This document shows positions 30,777-38,896 of a stretch of DNA of 64,000 nt, in pieces. This DNA comes from an uncultured Planctomycetota bacterium (lineage in GTDB: Bacteria > Planctomycetota > PLA2 > JAEUHO01). The position numbers and the translations under genes were made by a program. Location: contig CAVVXN010000005.1 in NCBI GenBank assembly GCA_963752285.1, positions 544,001-608,000 of the forward strand, written 5' to 3'. Numbering within the stretch: the stretch's first letter is position 1; every line of letters begins with the position of its first letter. The notes under the pieces were generated by a model. That model was not told the origin of the DNA and ran no database searches. It was given only the letters and a program-made list of their open reading frames with translations.

Positions 30777-30827
30777 GGGCGTCGGCCCGCGCTCGGCGCG
30801 CCCCGCGGCCGGCCGTACCCTCCCGTC

Positions 30828-32234
30828 GTGTCGAAGGACCCCTCCGCCCTCTCCGACGCCGAGCTGACGCCGGCGCGCATCGTCGAGGCCCTCGACCGGC
30901 ACGTCGTCGGCCAGGCGAAGGCGAAGCGCGCGGTCGCGATCGCGATCCGCAACCGCTGGCGGCGGCTCCAGCTCACGGACGAGCTCCGCGAGGAAGTGAG
31001 CCCGAAGAACATCCTCCTGATCGGGCCCACCGGCGTCGGGAAGACCGAGATCGCCCGCCGCATCGCGACCCTGATCGGCGCGCCCTTCACGAAGGTCGAG
31101 GCGTCGAAGTACACCGAGGTCGGCTACGTGGGGCGCGACGTCGAGTCGATCGTGCGCGACCTGGTCGAGGGCGCCATCGTGATGACGCGCGAGCGCTCGC
31201 GACGCGAGGTGCGGGCGAAGGCCCGCGACGCGGCCGAGGAGCGTGTGCTCGACGCCCTGGTCCGCGACGTGCGCTCGGGCGACCCCGACCTCGATCCGCT
31301 CGGCTTCGACCGCGTGGACACGCGCGCGCCCGGGATGCAGGACCTCGGCGCGGCGCGGGTCCGGTTGCGCGAGCGCCTGCGCGCGGGCGCCCTGAACGAC
31401 CGGACGATCGAGGTGCAGGTGAAGGAGGGGGCGGGAACGCCGCTCGCGGACATCTTCGGCAACCAGTCCTTCGCGCAGACGGGCATCGACCTGCAGGGCA
31501 TGCTCGAACGCCTCCACCCCCCGACGCGCAAGCCGAAGCGACTGCCCGTGGCCGAGGCGCTCGAGCTCCTCACGGAGGAGGAGTCCGAGAGCCTGGTGGA
31601 CAAGCAGAACGTAGCCGAGGAGGCGATCCGCCTCGTCGAGAACTCCGGGATCGTGTTCCTCGACGAGATCGACAAGATCGCGATGGGAAGCGGTTCCAAG
31701 GGGGCGGGGCCGGACGTGTCCCGGGAGGGCGTGCAGCGCGACCTCCTGCCGCTCGTCGAGGGCACCACGATCGCCACGCGACACGGCATGGTGCGGACCG
31801 ACCACGTCCTCTTCATCGCAGCCGGCGCGTTCCACGTGAGCAAGCCGTCCGACCTGCTCCCCGAGCTCCAGGGGCGGTTCCCGATCCGGGTGCGCATGGA
31901 GAGCCTGACGGAAGCCGACTTCGTGCGGATCCTCGTCGAGCCCCGCGGCGCCCTGACGAAGCAGTACGCCGCGCTCCTCGCCACCGAGGGCGTGGAGCTC
32001 GGGTTCACCGACGAGGGGGTGCACGAGGTGGCGCGCGTCGCGGCCCGTGCGAACGCCCAGCACGAGAACATCGGGGCGCGCCGCCTCGGCACCGTGCTCG
32101 AACGGGTCCTCGAGGAGGTGTCCTTCGACGGGGACCTCCGCCGGGGGAAGAAGGTGGTCGTGGACCGGGACCTCGTCCAGGGGCGAACCAAGGACCTCCT
32201 GGCCGACCAGGATCTCGGTCGCTACGTGCTCTGA
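30828..32234 (+). CDS. hslU: ATP-dependent protease ATPase subunit HslU
   Basis: PKNILLIGPTGVGKTEIARR, EVGYVGRDVES, VFLDEIDK, SREGVQRDLLP, PELQGRFP, ENIGARRL. Confidence 0.98.
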   Translation: MSKDPSALSDAELTPARIVEALDRHVVGQAKAKRAVAIAIRNRWRRLQLTDELREEVSPKNILLIGPTGVGKTEIARRIATLIGAPFTKVEASKYTEVGYVGRDVESIVRDLVEGAIVMTRERSRREVRAKARDAAEERVLDALVRDVRSGDPDLDPLGFDRVDTRAPGMQDLGAARVRLRERLRAGALNDRTIEVQVKEGAGTPLADIFGNQSFAQTGIDLQGMLERLHPPTRKPKRLPVAEALELLTEEESESLVDKQNVAEEAIRLVENSGIVFLDEIDKIAMGSGSKGAGPDVSREGVQRDLLPLVEGTTIATRHGMVRTDHVLFIAAGAFHVSKPSDLLPELQGRFPIRVRMESLTEADFVRILVEPRGALTKQYAALLATEGVELGFTDEGVHEVARVAARANAQHENIGARRLGTVLERVLEEVSFDGDLRRGKKVVVDRDLVQGRTKDLLADQDLGRYVL

Positions 32235-32344
32235 CCGTACGGAGCCGCCTCGCCCGTTCGTGCTCGAACGCGCGGCGGTCGCTCCCGCCGATCCGGTTCG
32301 CGCGTGGGGAGCGAGGCACCGTGGGGCCGGATAGCATGCCCGAC

Positions 32345-34159
32345 ATGAAGACGCGGTACCGAACGCACACCTGTGGAGAGCTCCGTCGCGGCGACGCGGG
32401 AAAGCGCGTCCGCCTCGCGGGCTGGGTGCATACCGTTCGCAGCCAGGGCGGCGTGCTCTTCGTGCTCGTCCGAGACCGGTACGGCGTGACGCAGGTGACG
32501 TTCCGCGGCGACCTCGCGCCGGAGCTCCTCGCCGAGGCCCAGCGCCTCGGGAACGAATGGGTCGTCGCCGCGGAGGGCACGGTCCGCGTGCGGCCCGACG
32601 AGGCCCTCAACCCGAAGATGCCGACCGGCGAGATCGAGGTCGAGGCCGCGGGTCTCGAAGTCCTCTCGGAGGCCCGCGTACCGCCGTTCCTCCCCGACGA
32701 GCACGCGGAGGCGGGGACCGAGGTCCGTCTCCGGCACCGCTACCTCGACCTCCGGCGCGCGCGCATGCAGGAGGTGCTCCGGGAGCGGGCGCGGATCGTC
32801 TCGAAGATCCGCGCGCACCTGGAGGCGCACGGCTTCACCGAGGTCGAGACGCCGATCCTCACGCGCTCCACGCCGGAGGGCGCGCGCGACTACCTCGTGC
32901 CGAGCCGCGTCCGGCCGGGGACGTTCTTCGCGCTGCCGCAGAGCCCCCAGCTCTTCAAGCAGATCCTCATGGTGTCGGGTCTCGACCGCTACTACCAGGT
33001 GGCGCGGTGCTTCCGCGACGAGGATCTCCGCGCCGACCGCCAGCCCGAGTTCACGCAGATCGACGTGGAGGCCTCGTTCGTCTCGCCCCAGGACCTGTTC
33101 GACGTCTTCGAGCCGATGGTCGCCGAGCTCCTCCGCACGTACCGCGGCCACGACGTGGAGCATCCGCTCCCGCGTCTCACGTGGGAGGAGGCGACGTCGC
33201 GGTTCGGGACGGACCGTCCCGACCTCAGGAACCCCCTGGAGCTTCGCGACGTGACGGCCGCCGCCGCCCGCCTCGAGTTCGCTCCGTTTCGCGAGGCGGC
33301 GGCCGCGGGCGGCGTCGTGAAGGCGCTCGTCGCCCCCCAGGGCGGCGCGCTCTCCCGCAAGGAGGTCGAGGCCCTCGACCAGGAGGCGAAGGCCCAGGGC
33401 GCGCCGGGCCTCGCGTGGGCGAAGACGGGCCCGGAGCCGACCGGCGGGATCGCCCGGTTCCTCAAGTCCGAGGCGGGCGCCGCGCTCGTGGCGGAGGCCG
33501 GCGCGGGCGCGGGCGACCTTTTGCTCCTCGCCGCGGGCTCTCCGTCGATCGTCCACAAGGCGCTCGGGATGGCGCGACTCGCGCTCGGCGAGCGCCTCGG
33601 GCTCGTGGACCGCTCGCGCTCCGCGCTCCTCTGGGTGCACCGGTTCCCGCTCGTCGAGTGGAACGCCGACGAGGGCCGCTTCGACGCGCTCCACCATCCC
33701 TTCACGAGCCCCGTCCCCGCCGACGTAGACCGCCTCGTCGCGCTCGCCCGGCGCGGGGTGTCCGAGGCGGACCGGGCCGAGGTCGAGGGACTGCGCGCGG
33801 AGGCGTACGACCTGGTGCTCGACGGGGTCGAGATCTGCGGCGGGAGCATCCGCATCCACCGCGAGGACGTCCAGTCGGCCGTCTTCGACCTCATCGGGAT
33901 CTCGCGCGAGCGCGCGGAGCAGCGCTTCGGATGGTTCCTGCGGGCGCTCGGCTACGGGACGCCGCCGCACGGCGGCGCGGCGTTCGGGCTCGACCGGCTC
34001 GTGATGCTCCTGCTCGGCGAGACGTCGATCCGCGAGGTGATCGCGTTCCCGAAGACGACCCAGGCGGTCTGTCTCATGAGCGAGGCGCCCTCGACGATCG
34101 ACCCCGCCCAGCTCGACGAGCTCCGGCTCCGGATCGTGGACCGCGCGCCGCCCGCCTGA
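32345..34159 (+). CDS. aspS: Aspartate--tRNA ligase
   Basis: YRTHTCGEL, TPEGARDYLVPSR, ALPQSPQ, CFRDEDLRADRQPEFTQ, HHPFT, PPHGG.A.GLDR, AFPKT. Confidence 0.97.
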   Translation: MKTRYRTHTCGELRRGDAGKRVRLAGWVHTVRSQGGVLFVLVRDRYGVTQVTFRGDLAPELLAEAQRLGNEWVVAAEGTVRVRPDEALNPKMPTGEIEVEAAGLEVLSEARVPPFLPDEHAEAGTEVRLRHRYLDLRRARMQEVLRERARIVSKIRAHLEAHGFTEVETPILTRSTPEGARDYLVPSRVRPGTFFALPQSPQLFKQILMVSGLDRYYQVARCFRDEDLRADRQPEFTQIDVEASFVSPQDLFDVFEPMVAELLRTYRGHDVEHPLPRLTWEEATSRFGTDRPDLRNPLELRDVTAAAARLEFAPFREAAAAGGVVKALVAPQGGALSRKEVEALDQEAKAQGAPGLAWAKTGPEPTGGIARFLKSEAGAALVAEAGAGAGDLLLLAAGSPSIVHKALGMARLALGERLGLVDRSRSALLWVHRFPLVEWNADEGRFDALHHPFTSPVPADVDRLVALARRGVSEADRAEVEGLRAEAYDLVLDGVEICGGSIRIHREDVQSAVFDLIGISRERAEQRFGWFLRALGYGTPPHGGAAFGLDRLVMLLLGETSIREVIAFPKTTQAVCLMSEAPSTIDPAQLDELRLRIVDRAPPA

Positions 34160-34320
34160 CCGCGGCCCCCCCGCGCGAGGCGCCCCCCTCCGACCCGGGG
34201 CCCCGGGAACGGATCCGACGCGCCCGGCCCGCCGCGCGGCAGCCGCCGCGAGGCCGGATACCTTGGTGGGCTCCCCTTCGGCCGCCCGGCGCGGCCCCGA
34301 CCCCGAGAGGAAGCCCTTCC

Positions 34321-36240
34321 ATGTCCCCGGTCATCCACCTCCGCCTCCCCGACGGCTCCACCCGCGACGTGGCCGCCGGCACGACGGCGCGCCAGGTGGC
34401 CGAGGGCATCGGCAGCCGTCTGGCGAAGGCGGCCGTGGCCGCGAAGGTGGACGGGGCGGTCGTGGAGCTGGACCGGGCGCTCGGGCACGACGCGGACGTC
34501 CGGATCCTCACCGCGAAGGACCCCGAGGCGCTCGAGGTCCTGCGCCACAGCGCCGCGCACCTGCTCGCGATGGCCGTCCTCGACCTGTTCCCGGGCACCG
34601 ACCTCGGGTTCGGGCCCGCGACCGAGGACGGCTTCTACTACGACTTCAAGACTCCGACGCCGATCACCGAGGACGACCTCCCGCGGATCGAGGCGCGCAT
34701 GCGGGAGATCGCGAAGGAGCGGCGTCCGTACGCCCGCGTCGAGATGGACCGCGCGGCCGCGAAGCAGCGTCTTCGCGAGATCGGATACGAGCTGAAGGTC
34801 CCGCACGTGGACGAGATCCCCGAGGACACGATCTCGTTCTACGACTCGGCGCCGTTCACCGACATGTGCGAGGGCCCGCACGTACCGGACACCTCGTGGC
34901 TCGAGCACGTTCGGCTGTTCTCGGTGTCGGGCGCGTACTGGCGCGGCGACGCGTCGGGCGTGCCGATGCAGCGCGTGCGCGGGACCGCGTACTTCGACGC
35001 GAAGTCGCTCGACGCCCACCTGCGGCGCATCGAGGAGGCGAAGCTCCGCGACCACCGGCGCATCGGCCGCGAGATGGACCTCTTCTCGCTTCACGAGGAA
35101 GGGCCCGGCTTCCCCTTCTGGCACCCGAAGGGCAGCATCCTGTGGAACCAGGTCGAGGGCCTCCTCCGGAGCGAGCTCCGGCGTCGGGGCTACGGCGAGG
35201 TCCGCACGCCGATCCTGCTCTCCGACGACCTCTGGAAGCGGTCCGGGCACTACGACCACTTCCGCGAGAACATGTACTTCCTCGACATCGAGGAGCGTTC
35301 CTACGCGGTCAAGCCGATGAACTGCCCCGGCGCGTGCCTCGTGTACGCGAGCCGCCCGCACTCGTACCGCGAGCTCCCGCTGCGCCTGGCCGAGTTCGGG
35401 CACTGCCACCGGAACGAGTTGTCCGGCGTCCTGCACGGTCTCGTGCGCGTCCGCGCCTTCACGCAGGACGACGCCCACGTGTACTGCGCGCCCGACCAGC
35501 TCGAGGCCGAGGTCCGCGACATGATCGACATGACCCGGGTCGTGTACGAGGCCGCGGGGTTCGGCGCGCCCGCGGCCCGCCTCGCGACCCGGCCCGAGAG
35601 CTCGCTCGGCGAGCCCGCCGACTGGGAGCGCGCGGAGGCCGCGCTGGCCCAGGCGCTCGATCACGAGGGTTTCGAGGGTCGATGGAGCCTGGCGCCCGGC
35701 GAGGGCGCGTTCTACGGCCCGAAGATCGAGTTCCACGTGACCGACGCCCTCGGCCGCTCCTGGCAGTGCGGCACCGTGCAGATCGACTTCTCGATGCCGA
35801 AGCGGTTCGGCCTGGAGTATGTCGGCCAGGACGGCGGGCGCCACACCCCCGTCATGATCCACCGCGCCGTCCTCGGCTCGATGGAGCGGTTCATCGGCAT
35901 CCTGGTCGAGCACCACGCCGGGAAGTTCCCGGTCTGGCTGGCGCCCGTGCAGGCGAAGATCCTGCCCATCACCGGCGCGGAAGACGCCTATGCCGAGGAG
36001 GTGGCGAGCCGCCTCCGCGCCGCGGACCTGAGGGTCGAGACCGACCTCAGGAGCGACAAGATCGGGGCCAAGATCCGGGACGCGACGCTGGAGCGCGTCC
36101 CCCTGATGCTCGTCGTCGGGAAGCGGGAGGCGGCGGAGGGCAAGGTTGCCGTCCGGCTGCGTTCCGGGGAAGATCTGGGCCCCATGGGTCTCGACGAGCT
36201 CACCGGTCTGGCACACGAGATGATCCGTGCGCGCCGGTGA
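34321..36240 (+). CDS. thrS: Threonine--tRNA ligase
   Basis: TGS domain, RHSAAHL, CEGPHVP, GAYWRGD, RDHRRIG, KPMNCP, VRAFTQDDAH, GAFYGPK, IHRA.LGS.ERF. Confidence 0.98.
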   Translation: MSPVIHLRLPDGSTRDVAAGTTARQVAEGIGSRLAKAAVAAKVDGAVVELDRALGHDADVRILTAKDPEALEVLRHSAAHLLAMAVLDLFPGTDLGFGPATEDGFYYDFKTPTPITEDDLPRIEARMREIAKERRPYARVEMDRAAAKQRLREIGYELKVPHVDEIPEDTISFYDSAPFTDMCEGPHVPDTSWLEHVRLFSVSGAYWRGDASGVPMQRVRGTAYFDAKSLDAHLRRIEEAKLRDHRRIGREMDLFSLHEEGPGFPFWHPKGSILWNQVEGLLRSELRRRGYGEVRTPILLSDDLWKRSGHYDHFRENMYFLDIEERSYAVKPMNCPGACLVYASRPHSYRELPLRLAEFGHCHRNELSGVLHGLVRVRAFTQDDAHVYCAPDQLEAEVRDMIDMTRVVYEAAGFGAPAARLATRPESSLGEPADWERAEAALAQALDHEGFEGRWSLAPGEGAFYGPKIEFHVTDALGRSWQCGTVQIDFSMPKRFGLEYVGQDGGRHTPVMIHRAVLGSMERFIGILVEHHAGKFPVWLAPVQAKILPITGAEDAYAEEVASRLRAADLRVETDLRSDKIGAKIRDATLERVPLMLVVGKREAAEGKVAVRLRSGEDLGPMGLDELTGLAHEMIRARR

Positions 36241-36363
36241 GCGGACGTTCCGCCGCCGTGTCCCGCGGTCCGTCGCGGGGGGCGTCGCGCGAAACCGTCC
36301 GGCTCGGCCCGGAGGACCCGGCCCGCGTGGGGCCGGGACACGTGTCCACGAGGAGGTATCCCC

Positions 36364-36900
36364 ATCCGTCGCCGTTTCGACAGAAGCATGCCCCGTGAGC
36401 TGGGGCCCCGCGTCAACGAACGCATCACGATCCGTCAGGTCATGCTCATCGACCACGAGGGCAAGAAGGTCGGCGTCACCGACACCGGCCAGGCGCTCGA
36501 CATGGCGCGCGAGGCCGGGATGGACCTGGTCGAGGTCGCCCCGAACGCGCGTCCGCCCGTGGCTCGCATCATGGACTACGGGAAGTACAAATACGAGCAG
36601 AGCAAGAAGGCGCACGAGTCGAAGAAGAAGCAGCACCAGTCCAAGCTGAAGACCGTGCGCCTGCGTCCGAAGACCGACCCGCACATGCTCGAGATCCGCG
36701 TGGAGAAGTCGCGGGAGTTCTTGATGCGCGGGGACAAGGTGCAGGTGATGATCCTGTTCCGCGGCCGCGAGATGGCGCACCAGGAGCTCGGCATCGCCCA
36801 CTGCCGCGAGGTCGCGAAGCGCCTCGACGACATCGCGAAGGTCGAGCAGGAGCCCCGCCTCGAGGGCCGGCGCATGATGATGCTGCTCTCGCGCCGCTGA
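36364..36900 (+). CDS. infC: Translation initiation factor IF-3, probable non-AUG (ATC) start at 36364; first in-frame ATG is 36388
   Basis: VNERI, DLVEVAP..PPV.RIMDYGKYKYE, FRGRE, EGRRM. Perfect SD AGGAGGT (36351-36357) lies 6 nt before the in-frame ATC. Confidence 0.95.
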   Translation: MRRRFDRSMPRELGPRVNERITIRQVMLIDHEGKKVGVTDTGQALDMAREAGMDLVEVAPNARPPVARIMDYGKYKYEQSKKAHESKKKQHQSKLKTVRLRPKTDPHMLEIRVEKSREFLMRGDKVQVMILFRGREMAHQELGIAHCREVAKRLDDIAKVEQEPRLEGRRMMMLLSRR

Positions 36901-37130
36901 GGGACCGGGCCCGCGCCGCCCGACCGGTCACGAGCGCGAGAGCGCGCACGCTCCCGACCCGCGACGGGGGGACGCGGGACGGGTGGGGGGGCCCGCCGGT
37001 CCCGCGGGCCGGCCCCCGGCCGCCGGTCCTTGCCCCGGCCCCGGGACGCGAGCGCGAGCGCGTTCTCGTGCTCGTGGGAAGGGGGTTCCCCCAGGTCCCG
37101 CACGGCTCGCCCCGGCGGCTGGTTCCCACC

Positions 37131-37158
37131 TTGACGGGGCCCCTTTGCTCGCTACCTT
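37131..37158 (+). promoter_or_regulatory. Putative promoter for rpmI-rplT
   Basis: TTGACG-16 nt-TACCTT, ~65 nt upstream of rpmI. Confidence 0.55.
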
Positions 37159-37222
37159 CGCCCCTTCGCGCTCGATCCGGGCGCACACCCGCCCGGTGCG
37201 TTCGATTCCAGGCCAAACCGCC

Positions 37223-37420
37223 ATGCCCAAGCTCAAGACCCGGAAGTCGATCGTGAAGCGCTTCAAGCTCACGAAGACGGGGAAGGTCCTGCCCTACGGC
37301 CGGGCCAACACCAGTCACATCATGAGCAAGAAGAACGCGAAGCGCCGGCGTCGGCTGAGGGCCCCGCGGGTCGTCAGCAACGCCCAGGCGAAGATGATCC
37401 GCCGGCAGCTCGGCGGCTGA
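37223..37420 (+). CDS. rpmI: 50S ribosomal protein L35
   Basis: MPKLKTRKS..KRFKLTKTGK, H...KK..KRRRRL. Confidence 0.96.
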   Translation: MPKLKTRKSIVKRFKLTKTGKVLPYGRANTSHIMSKKNAKRRRRLRAPRVVSNAQAKMIRRQLGG

Positions 37421-37440
37421 GCCAGGGACCCGAGGATCGC

Positions 37441-37791
37441 ATGGCCCGCGTCACGAACACCCCCGTCCGCCTCGCCCGGAAGCGCCGGCTCATGAAGGCC
37501 GCGAAGGGGTTCTGGGGCGCCCCCGGTCGCCAGTACAAGGTCATGAAGGAAGCGGTGCACCGCGCGTGGGCCTACGCCTACGTGGGCCGTCGCCGCAAGA
37601 AGCGCGACTTCCGCCGGCTGTGGATCCTGCGGGTCGGCGCGGCGAGCCGCGCGCGGGGCGTCCCGTACAGCCGGTTCGTCCACGGCCTGTCCAAGGCCGG
37701 GGTGGAGCTGAACCGCAAGGTGCTGTCCGAGATCGCGATCCGCGACCCGAAGGCCTTCGACCAGCTCGTCCAGGTGGCGAAGGGCGCGTAG
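37441..37791 (+). CDS. rplT: 50S ribosomal protein L20
   Basis: AKGFWG, YAYVGRRRKKRDFRRLWI, LNRKVLSEIA. Confidence 0.98.
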   Translation: MARVTNTPVRLARKRRLMKAAKGFWGAPGRQYKVMKEAVHRAWAYAYVGRRRKKRDFRRLWILRVGAASRARGVPYSRFVHGLSKAGVELNRKVLSEIAIRDPKAFDQLVQVAKGA

Positions 37792-37894
37792 GCGGCCGGG
37801 CGCCGGGCCGGCAGCGTCCGCTCGCGGCGGCCGTCCGCTCGCGCCGCGCGGTCGGTCCCGTAGACTCCGGGGCCTCGAACCGCGGAGGGCAGGC

Positions 37895-38896
37895 ATGACC
37901 GACGAGATCCAGGCGCTCGAGCACGCCGGGCTCGCGGCGATCGAGGGCGCAGAGGACCCCGACGCGGTCCGCGGGGCCCTCGGCGACGTCCTCGGCCGGA
38001 AGGGCCGCCTCCAGGAGGTCCTGCGCACGATCGGGCGGCTCCCGCCCGCGGAGCGGGCGGCCGTCGGCCGCGCGGCGAACGAGGCCAAGACGCGGCTCGA
38101 GCACGCGGCCGACCAGCGGCTGGCCGCGTTGCGCGCGGCGCGCGAGGCCGACCTCGCCACGACCGAGTGGGTGGACCCGACGCTTCCCGGCACCCGGCGC
38201 GGCGGAGGGAGCGCGCACCCGGTGAGCCAGGTCTGCCGCGAGGTCGAGGACGTCTTCCTCGGCATGGGCTTCGAACTCGCCGAGGGCCCCTGGGTCGAGG
38301 ACGAGTGGCACAACTTCGAAGCGCTGAACGTGCCCGCTGACCATCCCGCCCGCGACCTCCAGGACACGTTCTGGACGAAGGACGGGAACCTCCTCCGGAC
38401 GCACACGAGCCCCGTGCAGCTCCGACTGATGAAGCGGGGCCGTCTGCCGATCCGCAGCGTCGCGATCGGACGCGTCTTCCGCAACGAGGCGACCGACGCC
38501 ACCCACGAGCACACCTTCCACCAGGTGGAAGGGCTCATGGTGGACCGCGAGGTGACCGTCGGGCACATGGTGTACGTGCTGAAGGCGTTCGTCGGAGAGG
38601 CCTTCGGGCGCGAGCTCGACGTCCGGCTGCGCCCCGCGTACTTCCCGTTCGTCGAGCCCGGGTTCGAGCTGGACGTCGCGTGGGGAAAGGGCTGGCTCGA
38701 GCTCCTCGGCTGCGGCCTCGTGCACCCGCGCGTGCTCGAGATGGGGGGGATCGACCCCGCGCGGTACTCCGGCTTCGCCTTCGGGATGGGCCTCGACCGG
38801 CTCGTCCTCCTGCGGTACGGGGTCGAGGACATCCGGCACCTCATGGGGCAGGACCTCCGCTTCCTCCGGCAGTTCGGAGCGGGGGTCGTGTCGTGA
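37895..38896 (+). CDS. pheS: Phenylalanine--tRNA ligase alpha subunit
   Basis: NFEALN.P.DHPARD.QDTF, LRTHTSPVQ, FHQVEG, YFPFVEP, GFAFGMGLDR. Confidence 0.98.
   Translation: MTDEIQALEHAGLAAIEGAEDPDAVRGALGDVLGRKGRLQEVLRTIGRLPPAERAAVGRAANEAKTRLEHAADQRLAALRAAREADLATTEWVDPTLPGTRRGGGSAHPVSQVCREVEDVFLGMGFELAEGPWVEDEWHNFEALNVPADHPARDLQDTFWTKDGNLLRTHTSPVQLRLMKRGRLPIRSVAIGRVFRNEATDATHEHTFHQVEGLMVDREVTVGHMVYVLKAFVGEAFGRELDVRLRPAYFPFVEPGFELDVAWGKGWLELLGCGLVHPRVLEMGGIDPARYSGFAFGMGLDRLVLLRYGVEDIRHLMGQDLRFLRQFGAGVVS

Noticed and set aside
32557..34320. N-terminal extensions implied by the ORF track for thrS (also hflX from 50944, rqcH from 30339, yajC from 59081, mnmA from 57726)
   Set aside because: They are open off-frames through neighbouring genes; recognisable homology and RBS signals begin at the later starts.
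34160..34320. T-box leader upstream of thrS (or of pheS at 37792-37894)
   Set aside because: No T-box consensus or U-tract terminator, and the leaders are too short.
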